A program made the position numbers and the translations under genes. Source: Lachnospiraceae bacterium (GTDB lineage: Bacteria > Bacillota > Clostridia > Lachnospirales > Lachnospiraceae). From it: DNA of 64,000 nucleotides. Location of the stretch: contig JAEDCQ010000001.1 of NCBI GenBank assembly GCA_016294075.1, positions 111,875 to 175,874 on the forward strand, read 5' to 3'. Positions 8,683 through 18,957 of this stretch are shown here, in pieces; the stretch's first letter is position 1, and every line of letters begins with the position of its first letter. A model generated the notes under the pieces. It worked only from the letters and a program-made list of their open reading frames with translations, searched no databases and had not been told where the DNA came from.

Positions 8683-9541
8683 TCAGAAGCTAACAGTAGA
8701 TTTACATGTACATTCAGCTAAATCAGACGGAAGTTTGTCTCCGTCTGATTTAGTTTCTTATGCAATAAAAAAAGGATTGACGGCCTTTGCGCTTACAGAC
8801 CATGATACCGTGGATGGAATAGAGGAAGCATTAAATGCAGCAAAAGGAACAGATATAACAGTGATTCCGGGGATTGAACTGTCCACGGAATATGAAGGAA
8901 AGGATATTCATATCGTAGGCTTGATGATTGAGAAAGAGGAGCCTGCTTTCCGTAATAAAATACAGGAGTTTGTGCATTCCAGAGAACTGCGTAATCAGAA
9001 AATGTGTCAAAAGCTTACCGAAGCAGGAATGCCTCTCGCATATGAGGAATTGCTTAAAGAATTCCCGAATGCAGTGATTACCCGTGCTCATTATGCACAG
9101 ATTTTGTTGAAAAAAGGATATACAAAATCATTAAAAGAAGCGTTTGAACGTTATATCGGAGACCATTCTCCATGCTTTATTCCACGGGAAAAAGTAACTC
9201 CCGAGGATGGGGTAAAGCTGATTCTGAGTGCAAAGGGGATTCCTGTTTTAGCACATCCCATACAGTACGGCATGGGGGATATGCGTTTACAGCTCTTAAT
9301 TGACCGGCTGAAAGAGGCAGGACTGCAGGCATTGGAAGCGATTTACTGCACACATAGTCCTTCTGAGGAAGCACAGATGAAGGCACTTGCTAAGAAAAAC
9401 GGACTTTTAATCAGCGGAGGTTCCGACTTCCATGGAAATGCAAAACCGAATTTGGAAATAGGAACCGGATACGGCAGTTTATATATACCAAAAGAAGTGC
9501 TGGATGATTTAATACAAAGGAAGCAGGAATTATTTCCTTAA
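8672..9541 (+). CDS. PHP-domain phosphoesterase (TrpH/YciV-like)
   Basis: VDLHVHSAKSDG...ALTDHDT metal-binding motifs. The ATG at 8672 overlaps the upstream stop. The longer ORF from 8579 lies inside the ABC-F gene. Confidence 0.85.
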   Translation: MKTNQKLTVDLHVHSAKSDGSLSPSDLVSYAIKKGLTAFALTDHDTVDGIEEALNAAKGTDITVIPGIELSTEYEGKDIHIVGLMIEKEEPAFRNKIQEFVHSRELRNQKMCQKLTEAGMPLAYEELLKEFPNAVITRAHYAQILLKKGYTKSLKEAFERYIGDHSPCFIPREKVTPEDGVKLILSAKGIPVLAHPIQYGMGDMRLQLLIDRLKEAGLQALEAIYCTHSPSEEAQMKALAKKNGLLISGGSDFHGNAKPNLEIGTGYGSLYIPKEVLDDLIQRKQELFP

Positions 9542-9553
9542 AAGGAAGCGGAT

Positions 9554-10363
9554 ATGAGAAAAATTTTATTTACGGACTTAGACGGGACGTTGTTAAATGA
9601 TGACTCACTTGTTGTCGGAGATATGAAAAAAGCATTGGATGAAATGACAAAGGCAGGCCATATTCTGGTTCTGTCTTCCGGTCGTCCTCTTGAGAGTATA
9701 TTAGAAGTAAAGCGTAATGCCAGAATTGATTATCCGGGAGTATATATTATTGCGACAAACGGTACACTGATTTATGATTGTGACAATAAAAAGACAGTCC
9801 GGAATTTAACGGTCTCTTTTGATGACGTTGCGGCTGTCTGGAAAATGGCAGAAGAATGCAAAATGCATATACAGACTTATTCCGATACCCATATCATCTG
9901 TGCACGTGAAGATGAAGAAATAAAATTCTACCGCAGGCGGATACATATGCCCCTGCTTCTTAGTGGAAATCCGTCATCCGTATTAAAAAAAGAGCCGAAT
10001 AAGCTTTTAGCCATTGATTTGTATGACCACGAGCGGATTGCGGCTTTTGGAAGAAAAGTGGAGGAGAGATTTTCTGCACGTCTGCAGACTGTTTTTTCCA
10101 ATCCCTATTACCTGGAGATATTTGCAAAGGAAGCAGGAAAAGGAAGCAGCCTGCGATATCTGTGCGAATATCTGGATATTCCGGTTGAAAACTCTATCGG
10201 TGCGGGGGATGCGCAGAACGATATTTCAATGTTAGAAGCTGCGGGGCTTGCTGTTGCGATGTGTAACGGTGATGAAAGCGTAAAGAAATCCGCAGATGTG
10301 ATTACAAAGCGGACAAATCATGAATGCGGCCTTGCCGATGTGATTTATGAGTACATTCTATAG
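9554..10363 (+). CDS. Cof-type HAD-IIB family hydrolase
   Basis: FTDLDGTLL motif I, SGR motif II, GAGDAQNDISML motif IV. Confidence 0.9.
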   Translation: MRKILFTDLDGTLLNDDSLVVGDMKKALDEMTKAGHILVLSSGRPLESILEVKRNARIDYPGVYIIATNGTLIYDCDNKKTVRNLTVSFDDVAAVWKMAEECKMHIQTYSDTHIICAREDEEIKFYRRRIHMPLLLSGNPSSVLKKEPNKLLAIDLYDHERIAAFGRKVEERFSARLQTVFSNPYYLEIFAKEAGKGSSLRYLCEYLDIPVENSIGAGDAQNDISMLEAAGLAVAMCNGDESVKKSADVITKRTNHECGLADVIYEYIL

Positions 10364-10575
10364 AAAAAGGGCATAGAATATGAAAAAATATCTATATACC
10401 ACGGATACTGCTTACTATAAACATTCGTTATAAACAACCACAAGAAACTTTCGCCATTACGTCCGCAATTTCCACAAACTTGAATATGCGGAAGTGTCTC
10501 TTTTTTTATCTTTAAAAAAGAATAATTAACAGGTTTTTAATTTTATAAAAAAAATATTAAAACTCATAATAGGGG

Positions 10576-10603
10576 TTGAAAATACAAAAATGTGAGCTAT
10601 AAT
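10576..10603 (+). promoter_or_regulatory. groESL sigma-A-type promoter
   Basis: TTGAAA, 16-nt spacer, TATAAT, about 50 nt upstream of the CIRCE element. Confidence 0.65.
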
Positions 10604-10655
10604 AATATATCAGAAACAGAAAAAACATCGGAGGACGTTTTTTTTTGTAAACAAA

Positions 10656-10682
10656 TTAGCACTCATTCAAAAAGAGTGCTAA
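10656..10682 (+). promoter_or_regulatory. CIRCE operator (HrcA binding site)
   Basis: Perfect TTAGCACTC-N9-GAGTGCTAA inverted repeat, 31 nt upstream of groES. Confidence 0.95.
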
Positions 10683-10713
10683 CAAACATAGAAACCATAA
10701 AGGAGGCAGTATT

Positions 10714-12641
<1,928 letters not shown>

Positions 12642-12647
12642 AAAATG

Positions 12648-12710
12648 AAAAGGCTTTTGTTCGGAAGGGTATCTATGTTTGAATACTCTTTCCGAGCAAA
12701 AGCCTTTTTT
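12648..12710 (+). terminator. Rho-independent terminator after groEL
   Basis: AAAAGGCTTTTGTTCGGAA ... TTCCGAGCAAAAGCCTTTT long stem followed by a T-run. Confidence 0.8.
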
Positions 12711-12886
12711 GATTAAAGAAAAATTAAGAAATAAATAATGGCTACCGCGGTAATTGTAGTGTATACTTTTCTTTACGATACATATCTTTTTGCTGCAAAG
12801 CCGGAGAATCGAATTTACAGTCAGTATCTGCCAAAGCAGCTTTGATAACTTTTAAGCCTTTATAGGACGGTGGAAGGGAGATTTCT

Positions 12887-13795
12887 ATGGCAAAAAGATT
12901 TTTTTGTATGAGTGTTATAATCATATTGATGTTTCTATGTGCTTGTAGGAAAAATGAGACAGAGACGATAGGGCAAGAGGAGGCTGCATCAGAGCCTGTA
13001 TCTGGGACTGTGTCTGAGCCTATATCTGGGACTGTGTCTGAGCCTATATCTGGGACTGTATCTGAGCCTGAGAGTGAAACTATTACAGAAACCGTAGAAA
13101 CAGAAGAAGCCAAAACTTCTATCCATGTAGAAAATCCATCATGGGATTATTATACCTCAAACAATGTGCAGTCAGGTACCAGACCCTATGAATTGAAGCT
13201 CTTGGTACAAAATACAAATGAGATAATCGATACCGATGCTTGGTTTACAAGAAATAATCTGACTTTACAGAAGGATAATACAGAGGAAGAATATTATGGC
13301 GTGGTGGAAGGCAACGGTATTCTGGTTAATATCTATAAGGGCGATAGCTGGATTGCCGGATTGGACTTTTCTGACTATATGTATTCCGACGATTATGTGG
13401 AAGAAGATGTGGCTTATATAGAAGAAACAGTTCATGATGCCAGGATACGGGATGGTATTCTGTATGTTTCCACATTTCACTATACTTATGCAGAATCGGC
13501 TCCATCCAATGCGTATATTACAGCAATCAATCTTGACGATTATAGTGTAATATGGAAGAGTGAACCGTTAGTCTGTAATTCACTTAATTTTGAAATTGTA
13601 GATGACGTTATCTTTTGCGGTTACGGATTTACATCGGAGCCGGATTATTTGTATCAGATTGACAGAATAACAGGGTGTATTTTAGCAAAACAGGAACTGA
13701 AAAGTAAGCCGGATTATATCATATATAAAGATGGGAAACTGTATGTGAGGACATATAATACGGATTATGTGTTTGAGGTAGAGAAACAGGAATAA
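12887..13795 (+). CDS. putative lipoprotein with SEP(V/I)SGTV tandem repeats and a beta-propeller-like C-terminal part
   Basis: Signal peptide MAKRFFCMSVIIILMFLCAC with a lipobox-like L-C-A-C. A repeat linker follows, then D/Y/G-rich beta-strand repeats (DGILYV, DGKLYV). Confidence 0.7.
   Translation: MAKRFFCMSVIIILMFLCACRKNETETIGQEEAASEPVSGTVSEPISGTVSEPISGTVSEPESETITETVETEEAKTSIHVENPSWDYYTSNNVQSGTRPYELKLLVQNTNEIIDTDAWFTRNNLTLQKDNTEEEYYGVVEGNGILVNIYKGDSWIAGLDFSDYMYSDDYVEEDVAYIEETVHDARIRDGILYVSTFHYTYAESAPSNAYITAINLDDYSVIWKSEPLVCNSLNFEIVDDVIFCGYGFTSEPDYLYQIDRITGCILAKQELKSKPDYIIYKDGKLYVRTYNTDYVFEVEKQE
12992..13072 (+). repeat. 3.4 copies of a 24-bp in-frame tandem repeat
   Basis: GAGCCT(G/A)TATCTGGGACTGT(G/A)TCT repeated head to tail, encoding SEP(V/I)SGTV. 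Confidence 0.9.
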
Positions 13796-13874
13796 AAGCG
13801 TTGATTTGCGATATTTTTGATTTTGTGATACTCTAGGGAATGTTTGAGACAAAAGAAAAAGGGGTATCATAAAG

Positions 13875-14747
13875 ATGTGGTGGATGCTGCTCGTATTATT
13901 TTACGGAGTGCTGAAAGGTATCAGAGAAGTAGTAAAGAAAATGGCATTGAAGAAGAACGGTGTCATTGAAGTATTGTTTTTCTATACATTTTTAGCATTC
14001 CTTTTTGTTTTTCCACAGGCAAAAAATGCAGGCGGATTAGAAGGAAGTGCCTATTTTGGGATTGCCCTGAAGGCTTTTTTTGTATTCTTGGCCTGGATAT
14101 TCAGTTTTCGTGCCATTAATAAGATGCCAATCAGCTTATATGGTGTATTGGACTTATCAAGAGTATTGTTTGCAACGCTTTTAGGTGTGATTATACTGAA
14201 CGAAAAAATGAGTTTTATGAAAACAATAGGGCTGATTTTGGTATCATCAGGCTTATTGCTTTTAAAATATCGTCCCTCCTTTCTGCAATATGGAGAAAGG
14301 AAGAATGCACATGCTTTATCGGGAAACGGTAAGTATGTTCTGTTTGCACTTTTTTCTTGTGTCCTGAATGCTTTGTCCGGACTGATGGATAAAATATTAA
14401 TGCAGAATATGAGCAGTTCGCAGTTGCAATTCTGGTACATGCTTTTTATGCTGCTCTATTACGGAATCTATATGGTAATAACGAAGACAAAATTAAGCCG
14501 TGATATATGGAAAAATGGATGGATATGGTTATTAAGCATATTGTTTGTCGCAGCGGATAAAGCATTGTTTATTGCAAACGGAATGGAAGGCAGTCAGATT
14601 ACGGTCATGACATTGTTAAAACAGAGCGGATGTGTTGTGACAATTCTTGCAGGAAAATTCATTTTTAAGGAGAAAAAGACAGGATATAAATTGTTCTGTG
14701 CAGCAATCATTGTTTTGGGAATTGTGATAGGGGTATGTGAAATCTGA
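13875..14747 (+). CDS. EamA/DMT-family transporter
   Basis: About 10 hydrophobic segments in two halves and a 290-aa length typical of EamA. RBS AAAGGGG. Confidence 0.8.
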   Translation: MWWMLLVLFYGVLKGIREVVKKMALKKNGVIEVLFFYTFLAFLFVFPQAKNAGGLEGSAYFGIALKAFFVFLAWIFSFRAINKMPISLYGVLDLSRVLFATLLGVIILNEKMSFMKTIGLILVSSGLLLLKYRPSFLQYGERKNAHALSGNGKYVLFALFSCVLNALSGLMDKILMQNMSSSQLQFWYMLFMLLYYGIYMVITKTKLSRDIWKNGWIWLLSILFVAADKALFIANGMEGSQITVMTLLKQSGCVVTILAGKFIFKEKKTGYKLFCAAIIVLGIVIGVCEI

Positions 14748-14778
14748 GTATATGGAATCTGAATATGTGAAATCTGAG
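14734..14778 (+). repeat. three tandem ~15-bp units spanning the EamA stop codon
   Basis: TATGTGAAATCTGAG / TATATGGAATCTGAA / TATGTGAAATCTGAG. The outer copies are identical. Confidence 0.8.
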
Positions 14779-14910
14779 AGATGATTTAATTGTAAGAAAA
14801 GGAAACCATGTGCACACGAATTTGAAATGCGACATTAATACAAGTAAAGGATAGTTGTACGGTTGATTCAGGAGTAGGTAGGGGAGAAAATAGAGGTATT
14901 TTATTTATTT

Positions 14911-15133
14911 TATACCCTGATAATTTGGGTTTGTTCATGACAAAACAAGGAAAGTGGCATATATTTTGCATTGCAAGCTTTTTTATACCCCGCCAATGAG
15001 AAAAAACGGGGTGAAATGTCTTTGTAAATGTGCTGTACACCCCGCAGGCGATAGGTAAAGAATAAAAAAGAAGCCAAACGGGGTAAAATGGTGCAGTAAG
15101 TGCTCTATATACCCCGTGGCAATAAAGCGGGAC
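14911..15133. repeat. family of 3-4 related hairpin units in a non-coding region
   Basis: TA(Y)ACCCCG-loop-CGGGGT(R)AAATG units at 14985-15018 and 15035-15090. Weaker copies at 14911-14933 and 15108-15133. Confidence 0.6.
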
Positions 15134-15274
15134 TACAAATAAGATCAATCGGCAGTCTAATACAAAAGAATAGAATGTATAAGCAGTGTATAAGTGGTGT
15201 ATAGGAAATTTGACCATGTATTATTACCGGTAGCGACAACATCAGCCATAACAGCAGTGATAGGTGTAATATAA

Positions 15275-15303
15275 TTGACGCAAAAAAGCACTTGTAATAT
15301 AGT
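15275..15303 (+). promoter_or_regulatory. sigma-A-type promoter upstream of the ABC exporter operon
   Basis: TTGACG, 17-nt spacer, TATAGT. Confidence 0.6.
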
Positions 15304-15412
15304 AAAGAATGATAGTTTGGTTTCATGAAGAATGCCTGTACAGCCAACAAACGTGCAATGAAATTATAAATTGCCTGTGTGATATTACAACGGACAGTGA
15401 AAGGAAAACACA

Positions 15413-17140
15413 ATGAAAAGACTTCTTATTTATCTTAGGGATTATAAAAAAGAATGTGTGTTGGCACCTTTATTTAAGATGCTGGAAGCATCCTTTGAAT
15501 TATTTGTACCGCTTGTTATTGCAAGTATGATTGATGTGGGAATAGCGGGAAATAATAAGCCCCTTCTTATAAGAGACTTCTTTTTGTTGATATTATTGGG
15601 GCTTATTGGGCTTTCGGTGGCGGTAACGGCGCAGTATTTTTCCGCAAAAGCGGCAATCGGCTTTGCTACAAAGCTGCGGCACCATCTGTTTTCCCATCTG
15701 ATGGGGTTATCTTATAATGAAATAGACCATATCGGAACCTCTACGATGATTACACGAATGACAAGTGATGTGAATCAGGCGCAGACAGGAGTAAATATGT
15801 TTCTTCGTTTATTCCTTCGTTCTCCGTTTGTTGTATTTGGCGCTATGATTATGGCATTTACAATTGATGTGAAATGCGCCATGTATTTTGTTTTTGCCAT
15901 TATCGGTCTTTCGATTGTTGTTTTTACCATCATGGCATTTAGTATTCCGATGATGAAGGATGTTCAGAAAAAATTAGACACTGTTTTACTGCATACAAGG
16001 GAAAATCTTGCAGGTGTGCGTGTTTTACGTGCTTTTTGCAGAGAAGAAGAGGAAATAGAGGAGTTTAGACGTTGTAATGCACTGTTAACCCAAAGACAGA
16101 AAAAATCAGGAAGTCTTTCCGGATTGATGAATCCTCTCACATATGTACTGATTAACGTGGCAATTGTTTTATTAATATACAGCGGAGCGGTAAGGGTCTC
16201 TCTGGGAAGTCTTACGCAGGGTGAAGTAGTGGCATTATATAATTATATGTCACAGATTCTCGTGGAGCTGATTAAGCTTGCAAACTTAATTGTTACTTTA
16301 AATAAGGCGATGGCAAGTGCAAACCGTATCTCTGAGGTGTTTGGTATCAATGCGTCCATTACAGATGGTACGGAAGACTTTGAAGAAAGCAATATTGCTT
16401 TGGAAGAGAATTATATTGAATACCGCCATGTCGGATTAACATATGCCGGTTCGGCAGAGGAATCCCTGTCAGATATCAATTTTAAGGTAAAAAAGGGACA
16501 GACGGTTGGCGTAATCGGTGGTACTGGCTGCGGAAAGACCACACTTATCAATTTACTGCCCCGCTTTTATGATGTAACAACAGGTGAAGTAATCATAGGC
16601 GGAAAAAATGTTAAGGAATATAAGCAGGAGGTTTTACGGGAAAAGATAGGCGTTGTAATGCAGAAATCCGTATTATTTAAAGGCACGATAAGGGACAATC
16701 TGAAATGGAGAAAAGAAGATGCCTCTGAAAAAGAAATTATGGAGGCAGTTACAATAGCACAGGCTACGGATGTTGTGGAGAAAAAAGGAGGTCTGGATGC
16801 TTTGGTTGAGCAAAACGGCAGGAATTTCTCGGGAGGACAAAAACAGCGTCTTTCCATTGCAAGAGCACTTGTCGGTAATCCGGAGATATTGATTTTGGAT
16901 GACAGCTCGTCCGCACTTGACTTTGCAACGGATGCGGCATTGCGCAAAGCCCTGAAGGAGCTGAAAGGAAATCCGACTGTTTTTATTGTTTCACAGAGAA
17001 CCTCGTCCATTCAGCATGCAGATATCATTCTTGTTTTAGATGATGGAAAACTTGTCGGAACGGGTACACATGAAGAACTACTGTCTGCCTGTGAAGTATA
17101 TAGAGAAATCTATGAGTCACAATATAAAAAAGAAGCATGA
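15413..17140 (+). CDS. ABC exporter half-transporter (TMD-NBD), subunit with degenerate catalytic residues
   Basis: Six TM segments plus an NBD. Walker A GGTGCGKTT, signature FSGGQKQR, Walker B ILILDD (Asp in place of the catalytic Glu), switch region VSQR (Gln in place of His). Confidence 0.9.
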   Translation: MKRLLIYLRDYKKECVLAPLFKMLEASFELFVPLVIASMIDVGIAGNNKPLLIRDFFLLILLGLIGLSVAVTAQYFSAKAAIGFATKLRHHLFSHLMGLSYNEIDHIGTSTMITRMTSDVNQAQTGVNMFLRLFLRSPFVVFGAMIMAFTIDVKCAMYFVFAIIGLSIVVFTIMAFSIPMMKDVQKKLDTVLLHTRENLAGVRVLRAFCREEEEIEEFRRCNALLTQRQKKSGSLSGLMNPLTYVLINVAIVLLIYSGAVRVSLGSLTQGEVVALYNYMSQILVELIKLANLIVTLNKAMASANRISEVFGINASITDGTEDFEESNIALEENYIEYRHVGLTYAGSAEESLSDINFKVKKGQTVGVIGGTGCGKTTLINLLPRFYDVTTGEVIIGGKNVKEYKQEVLREKIGVVMQKSVLFKGTIRDNLKWRKEDASEKEIMEAVTIAQATDVVEKKGGLDALVEQNGRNFSGGQKQRLSIARALVGNPEILILDDSSSALDFATDAALRKALKELKGNPTVFIVSQRTSSIQHADIILVLDDGKLVGTGTHEELLSACEVYREIYESQYKKEA

Positions 17141-17158
17141 AAGAGAAGGAGTTAATGG

Positions 17159-18883
17159 ATGAAAACGATAAAACAGGTTCTTCACTATTTAAAACGATAT
17201 ATTCCGTTGATGCTGCTGTCTCTTCTGCTTGCAGTATTCATTGTGGCATTTACTCTATACGTACCGATTTTAATCGGACGTGCAATTGATAAGATTGTAT
17301 ACGGAAATGTTGATTTTAATGCAATCATTTCCATTTTATGTAAGGTAATAGTATTTGTTGTTTTAACATCCCTTTTTCAGTGGATAATGAATGTAATTAA
17401 CAATAAAGTAACGTATCATGTAGTACGGGATATTCGGAATGAAGCCTTTGAAAAGATACAAAGACTTCCGTTAAAATATCTTGATTCACGTCCCCAGGGA
17501 GAGATTGTAAGCCGTATTATCTCTGATGTGGAGCAGTTTGCAGATGGTTTATTAATGGGATTTACGCAGTTTTTTACAGGTGTAATGACGATACTCGGAA
17601 CATTGATTTTTATGTTGTCGATTCATAGAGGAATTACGCTTCTGGTAGTACTTGTGACGCCTTTGTCCCTATTTGTGGCAAACTTCATTGCAAAACACAC
17701 ATACTCCATGTTTATGGAACAGTCAAAGACGAGAGGTGAGCAGACGTCTTTAATTGACGAGATGATAGGAAATGAAAAGGTGGTAAAGGCATTTGCACAT
17801 GAAGAGGAAGCCATAGAGCGCTTTGATGAGGTGAATGAAAGATTAAAAGCCTGTTCCTTTAAAGCAGTATTTTATTCATCCCTGACAAACCCCTGTACAC
17901 GTTTTGTTAATTCGTTAGTGTATGCGATAGTTGCGCTGACCGGTTCTTTGGCATGTATCGGCGGCTCCATGACAGTCGGAGCGATTACAACGTTTTTAAG
18001 CTATGCGAATCAGTATACAAAGCCGTTTAATGAAATTTCGGGTGTTATTACCGAATTACAGAATGCTCTTGCATGTGCAAGCCGTATTTTTTCGCTGATT
18101 GAAGAGCCGGAGGAAGCAGAAGATAAAGCGGATGCTTATGTTTTAGAGCATGCAGAAGGAAAAATTGCATGTGAACATGTTTATTTTTCATATGTGCCGG
18201 ATAAAAAACTGATTGAGGATTTTAATCTGCAGGTAAAACCCGGGCAAAGGGTGGCAATTGTCGGTCCGACGGGGTGCGGAAAGACAACTCTGATTAACCT
18301 TCTGATGCGTTTCTATGATACGGATAACGGTGCAATTACGGTAGATAATCATATAATAACAGAAATGACGCGTCATTCCCTGCGTAAAAATTACGGAATG
18401 GTTCTGCAGGAAACCTGGCTGAAAGCAGGAACGATACGTGAAAATATCTGTATGGGAAAGGAAGATGCTAAAGAGGAGGAAATGATAGAAGCAGCAAAGG
18501 CCTCCCATGCGCATTCTTTTATCAGACGTCTCCCCAAAGGGTATGATACGGTAATAGGAGAGGATGGCGGAATGCTTTCGCAGGGGCAGAAACAGCTTTT
18601 ATGTATTGCGAGGATAATGCTGGCACTTCCGCCGATGCTTATTTTAGATGAAGCGACTTCTTCCATTGATACCAGAACTGAGTTAAAAATCCAGAATGCA
18701 TTTGCAAAATTGATGCAGGGAAGAACCAGCTTTATCGTTGCACACCGTCTTTCTACCATTCAAAATGCAGATATAATACTTGTTATGAAGGAAGGAAAGG
18801 TAATAGAGCAGGGGAATCATGAAACACTGCTTAAGCAAAACGGCTTCTATTCAATGTTATACAACAGTCAGTTTCAGAATTGA
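17159..18883 (+). CDS. ABC exporter half-transporter (TMD-NBD), subunit with canonical catalytic residues but non-canonical signature
   Basis: Walker A GPTGCGKTT, Walker B MLILDEATS, switch VAHR, signature LSQGQKQ. GAGAAGGAG RBS. Confidence 0.9.
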   Translation: MKTIKQVLHYLKRYIPLMLLSLLLAVFIVAFTLYVPILIGRAIDKIVYGNVDFNAIISILCKVIVFVVLTSLFQWIMNVINNKVTYHVVRDIRNEAFEKIQRLPLKYLDSRPQGEIVSRIISDVEQFADGLLMGFTQFFTGVMTILGTLIFMLSIHRGITLLVVLVTPLSLFVANFIAKHTYSMFMEQSKTRGEQTSLIDEMIGNEKVVKAFAHEEEAIERFDEVNERLKACSFKAVFYSSLTNPCTRFVNSLVYAIVALTGSLACIGGSMTVGAITTFLSYANQYTKPFNEISGVITELQNALACASRIFSLIEEPEEAEDKADAYVLEHAEGKIACEHVYFSYVPDKKLIEDFNLQVKPGQRVAIVGPTGCGKTTLINLLMRFYDTDNGAITVDNHIITEMTRHSLRKNYGMVLQETWLKAGTIRENICMGKEDAKEEEMIEAAKASHAHSFIRRLPKGYDTVIGEDGGMLSQGQKQLLCIARIMLALPPMLILDEATSSIDTRTELKIQNAFAKLMQGRTSFIVAHRLSTIQNADIILVMKEGKVIEQGNHETLLKQNGFYSMLYNSQFQN

Positions 18884-18957
18884 CTTGTGTATAATTTAAT
18901 ACTATATTGTAAGATATAAAATATTTTTGCGGCACAAATATGAAGGCAGGCATTACT

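Noticed and set aside
12742-13113. 123-aa minus-strand ORF with SDTVPDIG repeats.
   Set aside because: It is the reverse-frame image of the 24-bp tandem repeat in the + strand lipoprotein gene. The + strand gene has a signal peptide, a lipobox and an RBS.
14911-15133. Possible CRISPR array.
   Set aside because: The repeats are imperfect, their lengths and spacing are irregular (about 50-70 bp units with variable loops), there are only 3-4 units, and no cas genes lie in the window.
14786-15413. Two minus-strand ORFs (143 aa and 102 aa) fill the gene-free region upstream of the ABC exporter.
   Set aside because: They have no RBS. The composition is Cys/His/Phe/Tyr-rich and non-protein-like. 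The internal peptide repeats (HGVY, CGVY, RGIK, SGYK) simply mirror the DNA hairpin repeats. I treat the region as non-coding.
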